From the IMG/VR virus record IMGVR_UViG_3300033076_000152, positions 1-29,068 of that record: a stretch of 29,068 nucleotides of DNA, one strand, 5' to 3'. This DNA comes from a virus. Its lineage: Duplodnaviria; Caudoviricetes. Within the stretch, counting starts at the first letter, position 1, and each line of letters starts with the position of its first letter. The notes beneath the pieces are model-generated. The model was given only the letters and a program-made list of their open reading frames with translations. It was not told the DNA's origin and did not search any database. Positions 13,159 through 23,004 of the stretch are shown piece after piece. A program made the position numbers and the translations under genes.

Positions 13159-16100
13159 TTATTTATTTATTAGTGCTTTTAATTCTTCAATTTGTGCTTG
13201 TTGCTCTTGTATTGCTTTTACTAAAACTGGAACAAGTTTACCATAATCTACACCTTGTGTTTTTATCTCACCATTTTTTTCTAAACCATCTTTTTCTCCA
13301 TAAACAATATATGGTAAAACTTCTTGCAATTCGTGAGCAATTACACCATAGTTTCTTTCATCTCTATCTTTCCACTTAAAGTCGTATATTTTAATTGAAT
13401 TAAGAATATCTATTGAGTTATTAAATTCTTTTAAATCTTCTTTAAGTCTATAATCAGAGTTTACGTTAAATGCAGATGCAGCTATAGCAGTAAACCCATT
13501 ACCAGTTCCAAGACATCTAAATGTACTTCCAGTATTATCTATTCTGTTTACGCCACTTGCTTGACCAATAGTCCAACCATTACCATTACCTTCAAATGTA
13601 ACCCAACCCCCACTTGTAATCCTCATTCTTTCGGTATTACCATTAGTAGCAAAAAGAATGTTACCAGTATCATTTCTTAAACAAAAATCAGCATTTGTAC
13701 TTGTAGAAACAACATCACCAGAGCCATTTGGAATACCAATGTAAGAAGTTGCAGTTCCAGCAGCATTATAATAAGCTAATAAAGCATTTGCAGAACCTAC
13801 AATTTTCATACTTAATTGGAATCCTGGCGAACTTGTTCCAATACCTACATTACCAGTATTCTTAATTACTAAAGCAGGAGTACTAAAAGTTGTTCCACCA
13901 GCAGCAGTAGAAGGAGTAATTTCAAATCCATTACCAACATTGTATTGACCACCTAATAACCAGTTAGTGGTAGTAGCAGATGTTTTAATCATTAAACCAC
14001 TATTACCTCCAGTTGTTTCAGCAATTAAAGGAACAGTTGTAGCAGTTGTAAAAGTACCTTGACCACCTGCCATTACACTACTTGAGAATGTAGCAGCACC
14101 AGTTGCCCTTAATGTACCATTTACATCAAGTAAATAACCAGAATCAGTAGTTGTTCCTATCAATAATCTTCCATTGGTATTTAATCGCATTTTCTCAACG
14201 CTATTATATGCCCAAATAGTAGAACCAGTTTGACAAGATATTACAAAATCACCAGCAGCAGCACCAGTTGCAAATTGACCACTTGCAGTCGCTAAACCAA
14301 ACTTAGCTTGATATGTCGCACTTGTAGCCGTATCGCTTAATGATACTGAAGGAGCAGAACCATAAATTGCTAAATGATTGTCAGCCGTTGCAGAGTATAT
14401 GTTAAATAATCTTGCTCCATTTGTGTTGCCTACTGTTACGTTAGTGCCATTATCGTAAATCAAGCTATTCCCTATTGTTCCACTTGCAGTGAATTTAGAA
14501 AGATAGTTTGTTGTACCACTTCCTTGAACATATCCACTCAAAGATGGTATATCCGAAGTAAAAGCTAAAGTTCCACTTCCATCTTTTATATAGACGTTTC
14601 TATTAGCAGTTAATAAGTTTGTGTTTAACGTAAGGTTAAAAGAACCACTTGTATAAGTTATATAACCACCAGTTAAAGTAATTCCGTTACCAAATAATTG
14701 CTCATTTGAGAATGTTTTAATTCCAGATATAGTTTGGTTTGTATTTGTAGTAACATAGTTTGCTAAACTTGGGATGTCAGAAGTTAAAGCTAATGTGCCA
14801 GAAGCGTTTGGCATTGTATATGTTAATGTTGTCGCATCACTTAATCCATTAACATCAAATCTAAATCTTTTATATGTTGCAGTCTGACCAAAGCTAAAAT
14901 ATAAGTATCTATTTGTATATGCTTTTATTGATGTGTATGTTGTTGAATCTTCGCCACCAGTTATGGCACTTGCTTGATTCATCCATAACCCACCATCAGC
15001 CGTCGCAGAAGTAAATAAAGTTGTAGCCGTTAAGTTGTTTGAACCTAAACTAACTGAACTTGTTGCCCCAGTATATGGAACGTATCCACTTAAACTTGGA
15101 ATATCAGAAGTTAAAGCTAATGTACCAGATGCATTTGGAAATGTATATGTTCTTGTTGTGTTATTTGTTAAAGAACCAAAATCTAAATATGCTCTTTTAG
15201 AATTTACCGAAGAACCCCCATATGCTTCAAATCCATACTTGAACCCATTTGCAAATATTGAATTATATCCACTTAATAACCCAAATGAACTGTCTCCTTT
15301 TAAATATAGATAACCAGCCGCACCCGCTCCACTTTCTGCAAATATTCCAGCACTTTTTACCGAACCCATCACAAAATCTCCGTTTCCACTTAATCCATAA
15401 CTCCCTAAATTAACATTTGTAGTCGCTCCAGAATATGGAACATAACTTGTTAAATTAGACGTTAATGCTATAGTTCCGTTTGCGTCAGGAAATGTATAAG
15501 TCCTATCAGCCGTATTTAAGTTACTTGCTAAAGTAGTTATATAGTTATGGTCGTTTTTCCAAGCCATATTGCCATTTGTATCAGCGAACATAGTTGTAGA
15601 ACTTGCACTACCAGTTGGATTTCCGCTTTGATGCTTAAAATCAACGTGACCACTTCCAGCCGTTCCGTTTACTTTAATTCCTCTTGCATTCACATCAAAC
15701 GCCCCCATGTCTAAAGTCTGCGTAGCTCCAGTATAAGGCACAAAGCCAGTTAAACTTGGAAATGTAGTTAAATCCCCTGCACCATTTACGTATTGTGTAT
15801 TATCTCCAGTAAATCCGATGTTTATAGTTCCTGCCGTAGTAATAGGAGAGCCAGTAATAGAAATTGCATCGTTGCCAGTTGAAGTAACCGCTACGCTTGT
15901 AACTGTTCCATTTTGACCTGCTGATTTTTGCCATTGTGAGCCGTTATATATAACCCAATCGCCCACCGCAAAAGTAATAGGACCAGCACCGAAGTTTACT
16001 GTTCCTGCTACGTTACAAATATATAAATCGCCTACGTCTCCAGTTCCATTTGCAAGAGTCGGAGTGTTTGTCGCTGCGTTCCAAGTTCCCAAATATGTAA

Positions 16101-16269
16101 CAACTGAAGCTGGCAATTGGCTTAATGGAACTTTACCGCTACTATCTAAAGTAGCTACTCCGTTTGCACCGCCTAAAGGTACTGAACTAACAATACCAGC
16201 CGAGCCAGTTAATACACCTTCTAAACTTCTAACCTTTGCACCACTGGAAATAACTATCTGATTACTCAT
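13159..16269 (-). CDS. Tail fibre with C-terminal intramolecular chaperone (peptidase S74)
   Basis: G/T/S-rich 1036 aa; GVATLDSSGKVPLSQLP N-terminus; ERMRITSGG and GNVGIGT repeats; S|DYRLKE cleavage motif, YGVIAHELQEV, VDYGKLVPVLVKAIQE coiled-coil end. Confidence 0.92.
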   Translation of the reverse strand: MSNQIVISSGAKVRSLEGVLTGSAGIVSSVPLGGANGVATLDSSGKVPLSQLPASVVTYLGTWNAATNTPTLANGTGDVGDLYICNVAGTVNFGAGPITFAVGDWVIYNGSQWQKSAGQNGTVTSVAVTSTGNDAISITGSPITTAGTINIGFTGDNTQYVNGAGDLTTFPSLTGFVPYTGATQTLDMGAFDVNARGIKVNGTAGSGHVDFKHQSGNPTGSASSTTMFADTNGNMAWKNDHNYITTLASNLNTADRTYTFPDANGTIALTSNLTSYVPYSGATTNVNLGSYGLSGNGDFVMGSVKSAGIFAESGAGAAGYLYLKGDSSFGLLSGYNSIFANGFKYGFEAYGGSSVNSKRAYLDFGSLTNNTTRTYTFPNASGTLALTSDIPSLSGYVPYTGATSSVSLGSNNLTATTLFTSATADGGLWMNQASAITGGEDSTTYTSIKAYTNRYLYFSFGQTATYKRFRFDVNGLSDATTLTYTMPNASGTLALTSDIPSLANYVTTNTNQTISGIKTFSNEQLFGNGITLTGGYITYTSGSFNLTLNTNLLTANRNVYIKDGSGTLAFTSDIPSLSGYVQGSGTTNYLSKFTASGTIGNSLIYDNGTNVTVGNTNGARLFNIYSATADNHLAIYGSAPSVSLSDTATSATYQAKFGLATASGQFATGAAAGDFVISCQTGSTIWAYNSVEKMRLNTNGRLLIGTTTDSGYLLDVNGTLRATGAATFSSSVMAGGQGTFTTATTVPLIAETTGGNSGLMIKTSATTTNWLLGGQYNVGNGFEITPSTAAGGTTFSTPALVIKNTGNVGIGTSSPGFQLSMKIVGSANALLAYYNAAGTATSYIGIPNGSGDVVSTSTNADFCLRNDTGNILFATNGNTERMRITSGGWVTFEGNGNGWTIGQASGVNRIDNTGSTFRCLGTGNGFTAIAASAFNVNSDYRLKEDLKEFNNSIDILNSIKIYDFKWKDRDERNYGVIAHELQEVLPYIVYGEKDGLEKNGEIKTQGVDYGKLVPVLVKAIQEQQAQIEELKALINK
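14535..15770 (-). repeat. Internal modular repeats in tail fibre
   Basis: Linkers TYTFPDANGTIALTS, TYTFPNASGTLALTSDIPSLSG, TYTMPNASGTLALTSDIPSLAN and VYIKDGSGTLAFTSDIPSLSG; (F/Y)VPY(T/S)GAT three times. Confidence 0.85.
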
Positions 16270-16284
16270 CTATAAATTTTTTAT

Positions 16285-16971
16285 CTATTGAAATAATGCC
16301 CTTACATACTCCCCACTACCTAAAATGCGACTAAACGTTAAAACTCCAGTCGTTGCGTTCCACTTAACCTCTTCATCTATTGGAGTGCCACTTGTTATAA
16401 TATTTTGTACATCTATACCGCCACGAGAAACGTATAAACAAGTCTTGCCAATCATATCAGTCCAAGTAATTGTCGTTTCGCCACCTGCTGCCGTATATCC
16501 CTTAGAGTAAACCGAACCGCCGACGATAACAACCCCACTCGGAGAAATTGACGTTCCACTTGTTCCGTACGCTCCAGTACCTTGTAAGGTTACCGAATAT
16601 GTCGCTATGTCTTTATAAGGACCATTAATGCTTAAAGAAGTCAAGTTTGCGTTACCGCTTATTATAACTAAACCATCAACTCCATTGTCAATTACAAACT
16701 TAACCAAGATAGTTTCTCGGTTTTGTTGCTGCTCTAAAAGGAATAAATAACCATAGTTGTCTAAGGTTACCAATCCATCGCAAGTAACTTGCCAAGAAGC
16801 TATGTCGTTTCTATATTCACGATACCAAGCAGACGATTGAGAAGTAACTTCTTTTTGGTCTACGTTTACGCTAAAAGTTGCGTTTGTAGAACACGCAAAA
16901 GGAATGTCCGTTTCCGTTTCTGCGTCGTATCGGTATAACATTATATTCTTGCCAATTACTTTATCGCTCAT
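16285..16971 (-). CDS. Second tail-tube-like protein with C-terminal extension
   Basis: The first about 135 aa align by eye with the tail tube at 21390-21830 (KVIGKNIML/KVSGRDYIL; PFACSTNATFS/PVACLTTNSFT; VTCDG/FDCEG; ISG/YSG). Confidence 0.7.
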   Translation of the reverse strand: MSDKVIGKNIMLYRYDAETETDIPFACSTNATFSVNVDQKEVTSQSSAWYREYRNDIASWQVTCDGLVTLDNYGYLFLLEQQQNRETILVKFVIDNGVDGLVIISGNANLTSLSINGPYKDIATYSVTLQGTGAYGTSGTSISPSGVVIVGGSVYSKGYTAAGGETTITWTDMIGKTCLYVSRGGIDVQNIITSGTPIDEEVKWNATTGVLTFSRILGSGEYVRALFQ

Positions 16972-16977
16972 ATATCA

Positions 16978-16985
16978 CAAATTTA
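16978..16985 (-). promoter_or_regulatory. Bacteroidota -7 promoter element (TAAATTTG)
   Basis: TAnnTTTG overlapping the upstream stop codon, 6 nt before ATG 16971. Confidence 0.5.
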
Positions 16986-19181
16986 ACCATAAATTTCTAT
17001 AATTTGTCCTGCACTACTAATCTTGAACGCTGCAAAGTCTACTGGACCAGTTTGTATCTTCCACCAAAGGTTTGCACCATTAAACGGAGTGAAGAACTCT
17101 GCATCGTTATAGTAGTAATCGCCCACACTTGGAACTCCTATTGCTAAGTCGTTATAAACTAAGAATGTCGTATAAGGTGCAGCGTAAGCAGCTTCACGAG
17201 TCGTATATGCCGTTGACCTTAAATGTCCGTAACCAGTAACCGCATTACTTAACGTATTATCGCTATAAGTTGTAGTTAAAGTAGTTGCTATATTCTCGTT
17301 GTTTATATCCAATAAAGTCGCTTGAATTACATCGTTAAATAAATCTATTGTAGAATTACCTAAAATATACTTCTTATCGTTTACGCTTATTTGTGCAGGA
17401 TCGGAGTCAGCCGAAGTTAAACGCATCGCACCGCTTAATCTTCCGTTTGTAGTATTCATGCCCATAAAAGAAGCATCAATATTAATTACGTTCTTATTTA
17501 AGCAGTTTGAGTATTGCTTAACAATTAAATCACTCAAAGAACGATAAATGTCCGTTGGGTACTCGTATCTATACCACCCAATCAAATCTTGACCACTTGC
17601 GTTGCTCAAAAATCCTCTATAACTAAAATAACCTTCGTTGCTTGGGTTAAACCCTAAAGGCAAGTCTATTTCTAAAACGTATTCTTCAGTATCGTTTATG
17701 TAGCTTTCAGTCAAGAAAGAAGTAAACGCTGGGATAACTGCCATACTAAAGTTTTGAACCTCTACTGTTCCAACTGTTGATTTCCAATAAGAAGAAGTTA
17801 TGTCTGCTAAAACTAACTCAAAAAATAAATCTCCGTTATCTGGAGCAGGCGGCAAATCAATGCTAAAATTAGCTTTTGCGTTTGCAGGATCAAATGGATA
17901 AAAATAATAGTTTGAACCAGTATTCGCCCATTCTTTGTTTTCGTTTATGTAGTAAGTATAAGCCCCAGTTGTTAAAGTTATTTTTAATATAAACAAAGCA
18001 TCTGGACCACTTGCAGGAACACCAATACCAGCTATGTCAAACTTTATTGAAATTGTCTCGTTAATACCTATTTTTGGTAAATTGTCTGGATATACACCTA
18101 TATCATAAGGAGCAGCTATGCCGTTGCTCATTATAAAACTATTATACGCTTTATTTGGGTATTCCTTTACATAAATTTGTCCGTCAGTTTCTCTTCTTTC
18201 AGTCCAACCAAAAGCGTTTCCCTGCGTTGGAGAAATAATCTCAAACTTCTTTAAATTCCAGTTTGTAACGTAGTTATTAGGATATTCAACAGTCTTTTGA
18301 AATCTAATCTTGTTATATCCCTTTCTTAATATTTTTAATTGAGCATTATCAACGTAAAATAAACCACTTGTATTACCAGTATATCCTTGTATTTGACCAG
18401 TTAATGTTTTTGTTCCACTTGTTACTACTGCACCGCTTGGATTATATTCAGTAAAATAATAGCTTGATTGTGCAAACTCCGTTAAAGGAACAATGTACCA
18501 TTTACCTTGTGCTTGAAAGAACCTACTGCCAAATCCTCTTGATATGTCAGTAATAACTTTTAAAGCAGTATATGCTTCTTGGTTATCGTTTGTTATTGAA
18601 GCGTAGTTTAAGTAAGATTGACTTAATGGCTCATTAGCAGTATTTGCACCTCTATTAACCATATCGGTTGAATAAAAACTTATACCGCTTATCAAGTTTA
18701 AATCAAATCCAACACTACTTATTGCCGTTTGTAAAATATCTAAGCAAGTTGCTCTATCCACTAACGTATAATCAGTAGGCAAAGAATAAGGTATTCTTTC
18801 TAACATACCCAAGCCGTCAATAGCATTAAAAGCCATATTTCTACGACCAGTTGTATAAGACATTTGAACGTAATCGCTCAATGCCCAACCTTGCCATTCT
18901 AAAGTAGAATTGTAATATAGTTTGCATAAATACTTTCTATCATTAAGACTTGTAAAGTCTGGCATATTTGCTAAATCATCGGTAACGTCTATTAATACGT
19001 TTAATTGACTTGCGTAAATTGGCTCAAATATATCGTCTGATTTTGGCAAGTATTGTATTTGCAAACTTACTGCTGGATATTCAATTAAATCTCCAACATA
19101 GCCATCTTCAAGTAAATAAAGTGTTGATGTACTACCGCTTTTTGTAGCCATCGTTATTTTATATTTATTAGCGTATGCCAT
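16983..19181 (-). CDS. Tail tip/hub structural protein (putative)
   Basis: 732-aa beta-rich protein directly after the tape measure; WQGWALSD...AIDGLGMLE...FFQAQGKWYIV hub-like pattern. Confidence 0.65.
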   Translation of the reverse strand: MAYANKYKITMATKSGSTSTLYLLEDGYVGDLIEYPAVSLQIQYLPKSDDIFEPIYASQLNVLIDVTDDLANMPDFTSLNDRKYLCKLYYNSTLEWQGWALSDYVQMSYTTGRRNMAFNAIDGLGMLERIPYSLPTDYTLVDRATCLDILQTAISSVGFDLNLISGISFYSTDMVNRGANTANEPLSQSYLNYASITNDNQEAYTALKVITDISRGFGSRFFQAQGKWYIVPLTEFAQSSYYFTEYNPSGAVVTSGTKTLTGQIQGYTGNTSGLFYVDNAQLKILRKGYNKIRFQKTVEYPNNYVTNWNLKKFEIISPTQGNAFGWTERRETDGQIYVKEYPNKAYNSFIMSNGIAAPYDIGVYPDNLPKIGINETISIKFDIAGIGVPASGPDALFILKITLTTGAYTYYINENKEWANTGSNYYFYPFDPANAKANFSIDLPPAPDNGDLFFELVLADITSSYWKSTVGTVEVQNFSMAVIPAFTSFLTESYINDTEEYVLEIDLPLGFNPSNEGYFSYRGFLSNASGQDLIGWYRYEYPTDIYRSLSDLIVKQYSNCLNKNVINIDASFMGMNTTNGRLSGAMRLTSADSDPAQISVNDKKYILGNSTIDLFNDVIQATLLDINNENIATTLTTTYSDNTLSNAVTGYGHLRSTAYTTREAAYAAPYTTFLVYNDLAIGVPSVGDYYYNDAEFFTPFNGANLWWKIQTGPVDFAAFKISSAGQIIEIYG

Positions 19182-20704
19182 TAGTTGCCTCTTCTTATAT
19201 TTAAGTTATTGTTTGCTCTTGTTGTAGCTAAAACCAAATCAGAACCCTTTAAAACAAATTCTCCTAAGATACTACCTAAGCCGCCCATTCCACCACCTAA
19301 TCCAGATGCCGCTCCTGCTATCTCACTTGTGCCACCGGTAATTGCAGCCAATATTGTTTTAAATAACAATGCTTGTGCAATCATTGAGATCAACTGAATT
19401 ACTATTTGTTTAAACGATTGTTCCAATGCCTTGCCAATATCTTCTCCCATAACCATAGCACTAATTACGTTATCAAACGCAGGTGCTAAAGTATTTGTTA
19501 TATCTCTTGTTAACGCTAATTGTGCGTTAAATTCTTTTTGTCTTTGTATTGCAGCGTATTCCGCATCTGCTACTTGCGTAGTCGCCCAAGCTGGAACATC
19601 ATTTGGTAATCTTGTAGGAGTAGCTGCAGTAGGAGTAACGTTTGGTTGCTCTACAACTGTTGCCATTCCAACCTTTATAACTCTTGCTTGTTTGCCTAAT
19701 TTTTCAACGCTTTGACTTGCTTTGTCAGCTGCAGAACCTAATTGTTTTGCACCATTAGTAACATTATAAAATGGATTACTTGCAGCTCCTCGTATAGTTT
19801 CCATCAATGATTTATTCATTGATTGAATTGAATTATTTAGTTGTACTGCCTCGTTTGCTGCATCAATATATTTATCTTTTAGTCCAACAGTTGCGGCTGC
19901 TTGTGCTACAGTTGCGCTTACATATTGATTACCTAAATTTTTTGTGTTTTCTAATCCTTTGTTATATTCTTTTGCTGCTTCAATTGCTCTTTTATTTGCT
20001 TCAGCAAGTTTTATAGTCTTGTCAGCGATTTCATCTACATATCTTGAAGTTATTGCTTGTGCAATTAAAGATTGAGTATAAAGTTCAACTGCTTGTCTTG
20101 CTTGGTCTGTTGTTTTAATTGTAGCCGCATAAGAAGCGTTTACTTTTGATAATTCAGCTATAACAAACTTTAAAGCGTTTGCTCTTTTATTATCAGCTAA
20201 AGTTACATCGTCAGCTAAATTAATATATGCTTGCAGTTTTATTCCACTTTCACTTGCACTTGCTTTTGCCTTATTTAAACTTTCAGCAAATTTATCTTCT
20301 GCTTCTTTAGCACTATCAACGCCTTTTATAAAATTAGCAATCTTAGGACCAAATGCAACAATCAAAGAAGATACCGCACCTAAAGCCAATCCAATTCCTG
20401 CTGGGCCCATTAAGCCACTTGCCATTGCTTGTAAAGCAGATTTTGTTCCACCTGCTTCTTTTTGTAGTCTTTGGAAACTCTCTAATAAAGGGTTTAAGTT
20501 GTTGGCAATACCAATAAAGCCATACGGAGCATCTTGTGCGACTCTTGACAAGTTAGTCAAAGCGTTAGTCGCTGCACCACTTGTTTGAGGAATTTGACGG
20601 AACGCATTACCTAAGTTATTAGTAGCAGTTATCGTCTGGTTTATATTATTTACTGCGTCTTTATTGTCCGCAGTAATGGTAATTTTAAGCGTTTCTTGTG
20701 CCAT
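19181..20704 (-). CDS. Tail tape measure protein
   Basis: Ala-rich helical protein after the tail chaperone; LTNLSRVAQDAPYGFIGIANNLNPL motif; Gly-rich C-terminus. Confidence 0.88.
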   Translation of the reverse strand: MAQETLKITITADNKDAVNNINQTITATNNLGNAFRQIPQTSGAATNALTNLSRVAQDAPYGFIGIANNLNPLLESFQRLQKEAGGTKSALQAMASGLMGPAGIGLALGAVSSLIVAFGPKIANFIKGVDSAKEAEDKFAESLNKAKASASESGIKLQAYINLADDVTLADNKRANALKFVIAELSKVNASYAATIKTTDQARQAVELYTQSLIAQAITSRYVDEIADKTIKLAEANKRAIEAAKEYNKGLENTKNLGNQYVSATVAQAAATVGLKDKYIDAANEAVQLNNSIQSMNKSLMETIRGAASNPFYNVTNGAKQLGSAADKASQSVEKLGKQARVIKVGMATVVEQPNVTPTAATPTRLPNDVPAWATTQVADAEYAAIQRQKEFNAQLALTRDITNTLAPAFDNVISAMVMGEDIGKALEQSFKQIVIQLISMIAQALLFKTILAAITGGTSEIAGAASGLGGGMGGLGSILGEFVLKGSDLVLATTRANNNLNIRRGN

Positions 20705-20709
20705 CTTAT

Positions 20710-21024
20710 TTATTTAACTCCGTACATTTTTAAAGTCCTCATTAGTTGGTCTTGCGTTAGCTTAGGCGTGTCCTCGTCAATATCTTCTTTGTCGCTTGGT
20801 AATGGAAAGAACGCTTTTATGCTTTTAGGACTTTTATCTGTAGTATTTGACTTATAAATCAAATAAGCTATAGTCCTTGTTCTTTCCCACTCTTTGACTT
20901 GTCTATTGTCATAAGCGTATTTATATAATAAAAATTCTCGCCAAGTAAGTTGCCAAAACTCATTAATCGTTAAGCCAACTTCAATAGCGAGAATGATTAT
21001 TGAATCCCAACTATAAAAACCTAA
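20710..21024 (-). CDS. Tail assembly chaperone, -1 frameshift extension (gpGT-like)
   Basis: Open -1 frame of 104 codons with no early ATG: LGFYSWDSIIILAIEVGLTINEFWQLTWREF...EWERTRTIAY...FFPLPSD...MYGVK*, directly after the A10 run. Confidence 0.85.
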   Translation of the reverse strand, partial: LGFYSWDSIIILAIEVGLTINEFWQLTWREFLLYKYAYDNRQVKEWERTRTIAYLIYKSNTTDKSPKSIKAFFPLPSDKEDIDEDTPKLTQDQLMRTLKMYGVK

Positions 21025-21371
21025 TTTTTTTTTTCGTCAGTTGACTTACCTTTTAATTCTGGCACCATTGAATCTTGCATATACTTCATAAATTCAACAA
21101 GTTGTCCGTCTTTAGCAGTTAATCCACCAACTTCATCAATCCAATTGCAGACATCAAATTCCTCAAAATCTATTGGCTTTTTTAGGCTTTTATATCCACT
21201 CTCGGCTGCTGCTTGTACAATATGAACTATTGTGTCCAAGTTGTACACCCCAGAAGACAAAACGTTTATTAAGTCCATTAGAGTTTTATCCTCTAATTCG
21301 CAAAAACGCTTCATCGCCCAAGTTCCCCATCTCAAAGGAATTGTCGTTTCTTTCAGTTTTAGTTCAAACAT
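21021..21371 (-). CDS. Tail assembly chaperone (gpG-like)
   Basis: Between tail tube and tape measure; ends GAA AAA AAA AAT TAG (EKKN*). Confidence 0.85.
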   Translation of the reverse strand: MFELKLKETTIPLRWGTWAMKRFCELEDKTLMDLINVLSSGVYNLDTIVHIVQAAAESGYKSLKKPIDFEEFDVCNWIDEVGGLTAKDGQLVEFMKYMQDSMVPELKGKSTDEKKN

Positions 21372-21389
21372 AGTTTTTTGTTGTTTTTA

Positions 21390-21830
21390 TTATGCAGTTT
21401 CAGTTTGTGTTAACGGCGGAGTAGTTACCACGAAAGTAGCAGTAAATTTCACATCGTCAGCATCGTCTGCAGTTACAGCGAAGTCGGAAATGAAAACTTG
21501 TCCGCTATAAGTAATATCTCCAGCTGCAGGACTTGCCTTACCCATCTTCATATTGAATTGAGTTTTAGCAGCGTGTGCAGTATATAATTGTTGGTAGCTA
21601 TCTTTACTTGGAGTACCAGTTTCGTCAATTGCAAAACCTTCACAATCAAAAGACTGACTGAATACTGGACTTGGAGTGTAAGAGTTACCACATTTAGAAG
21701 TCGCATCAATTGTGTCGTTAGTTGATGTGAAAGAGTTAGTTGTTAGACAAGCAACTGGTTTATAAGTTCCGTCTCCGTCTATGTCTGCAAGTAGTATATA
21801 ATCTCTACCGCTTACTTTAGTTTCTGCCAT
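21390..21830 (-). CDS. Major tail tube protein (TP901-1-like)
   Basis: GRDYILL...CLTTNSFTSTNDTIDATSK...YSGQVFISDFAVTADDADDVKFTATF; position after the tail terminator. Confidence 0.88.
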   Translation of the reverse strand: MAETKVSGRDYILLADIDGDGTYKPVACLTTNSFTSTNDTIDATSKCGNSYTPSPVFSQSFDCEGFAIDETGTPSKDSYQQLYTAHAAKTQFNMKMGKASPAAGDITYSGQVFISDFAVTADDADDVKFTATFVVTTPPLTQTETA

Positions 21831-21835
21831 TGTAT

Positions 21836-22240
21836 TTAATTTTGAGTTATTATTATTTTATAAGTTATTATCGTTCTAAAAACATTATCTAAAGGGTTTA
21901 AGCCATCCAAGTTTCTAATCGCACTAACTATTAAACTTGACGCATAAAAGCCATTGTTAAGCGTTATTTGCGTGTTTGAGTTAATAGCCGTCAATATTGT
22001 ATCGCTTATATCTTCAGCTGCTTTATAGCCAAAGTTAGCATTTTTTGTAACAATATCAACGTTGATTGTTACTGGACTTGTAAAACCAGTTTTGCCTTCT
22101 TGTTGTTCACTTGACCTATCATCTAAAATAATATAAGGAGCGTTTGCGTTATCTGGAGCCAAGCCGTCGTAAACGTCAAATCCAAGTCCGTTTATAGTAG
22201 TATAAAACCACTTCTTTATTTCCCTATTTGGATTAAGCAT
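21836..22240 (-). CDS. Tail terminator/completion protein (DUF3168-like)
   Basis: VYDGLAPDNANAPYIIL motif; synteny. Confidence 0.75.
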   Translation of the reverse strand: MLNPNREIKKWFYTTINGLGFDVYDGLAPDNANAPYIILDDRSSEQQEGKTGFTSPVTINVDIVTKNANFGYKAAEDISDTILTAINSNTQITLNNGFYASSLIVSAIRNLDGLNPLDNVFRTIITYKIIITQN

Positions 22241-22649
22241 TGAATATCTTTTTTAATCTTTTCAATAATTGTGGCACTTCGTTCTCAAATGCAGGAATCA
22301 AAAATGGTCTTGCTCTTAGGTTTACCTTTCTAATTCCTTTACCTCTAAATATAGCAGCGTATTGTTCGTACCCTGCAGGAATATCAACCAAACCACCAGT
22401 TCCAAACTCTACATAAGGAGCATATTTTGCTCTTGCCTCTACGCTATAGGTCATTTCACTTAAAGGCATTAAAGCTATGCTATTCCTTAAAAATCCATTA
22501 TCTACAACCACATTCCTTTTTGCGTTACGCTGAATAGTTAAGGCAGACGCATTAATTTCATTAGCCACATCATCTTTTGACTGCTTAGATAATTTATCAA
22601 GTTTATCTTGTAAGTCCTTTAATCCGTCTAATCTTGCCGTTATACCCAT
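22233..22649 (-). CDS. HK97 gp10-like neck protein
   Basis: AKRNVVVDNGFLRNSI...YAPYVEFGT...ARPFLIPAF. Confidence 0.88.
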   Translation of the reverse strand: MGITARLDGLKDLQDKLDKLSKQSKDDVANEINASALTIQRNAKRNVVVDNGFLRNSIALMPLSEMTYSVEARAKYAPYVEFGTGGLVDIPAGYEQYAAIFRGKGIRKVNLRARPFLIPAFENEVPQLLKRLKKIFNA

Positions 22650-22990
22650 TAAGCATACATTTCAATTTCCCAAAATCTATGAGCGTTGTCAACATCCTTA
22701 ATAGAATGTATTGTAAAGCGTTGACCTTCAACTTCTAATTGATATGTATCGCTTATTTGCAAATCCCAACGGATAAACAATTTTGCATATCTATTGAAGC
22801 TTAATTGGCTTTCTTGGATTGCTCTGTTTTGTGGTTGTGGTCTATAATCGCCCCAAACTGTTGCTATCTTAGTAAACATTGTAGTAAACCCCCCTTCGCC
22901 ATCGCTGGTTTCGGTTGGTTGGTAAACGTCAACCAATCTTGTCATTGAGTTTGCGTCAACATAATTATCCTTGTGTAAGCCAATCCTCAT
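22649..22990 (-). CDS. Head closure/head-tail adaptor (SPP1 gp16-like)
   Basis: TSDGEGGF...IATVWG...IRW...FTIHSIKDVD; synteny. Confidence 0.82.
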   Translation of the reverse strand: MRIGLHKDNYVDANSMTRLVDVYQPTETSDGEGGFTTMFTKIATVWGDYRPQPQNRAIQESQLSFNRYAKLFIRWDLQISDTYQLEVEGQRFTIHSIKDVDNAHRFWEIEMYA

Positions 22991-23004
22991 TTGTTAAATT
23001 TTTG

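Noticed and set aside
13159-16269. Diversity-generating retroelement in the fibre repeats
   Set aside because: No reverse transcriptase; repeats are in-frame coding linkers whose differences are not adenine-specific.
21025-21034. A10 run as a sequencing error or pseudogene
   Set aside because: Position and the EKKN-stop ending match the conserved tail-chaperone frameshift.
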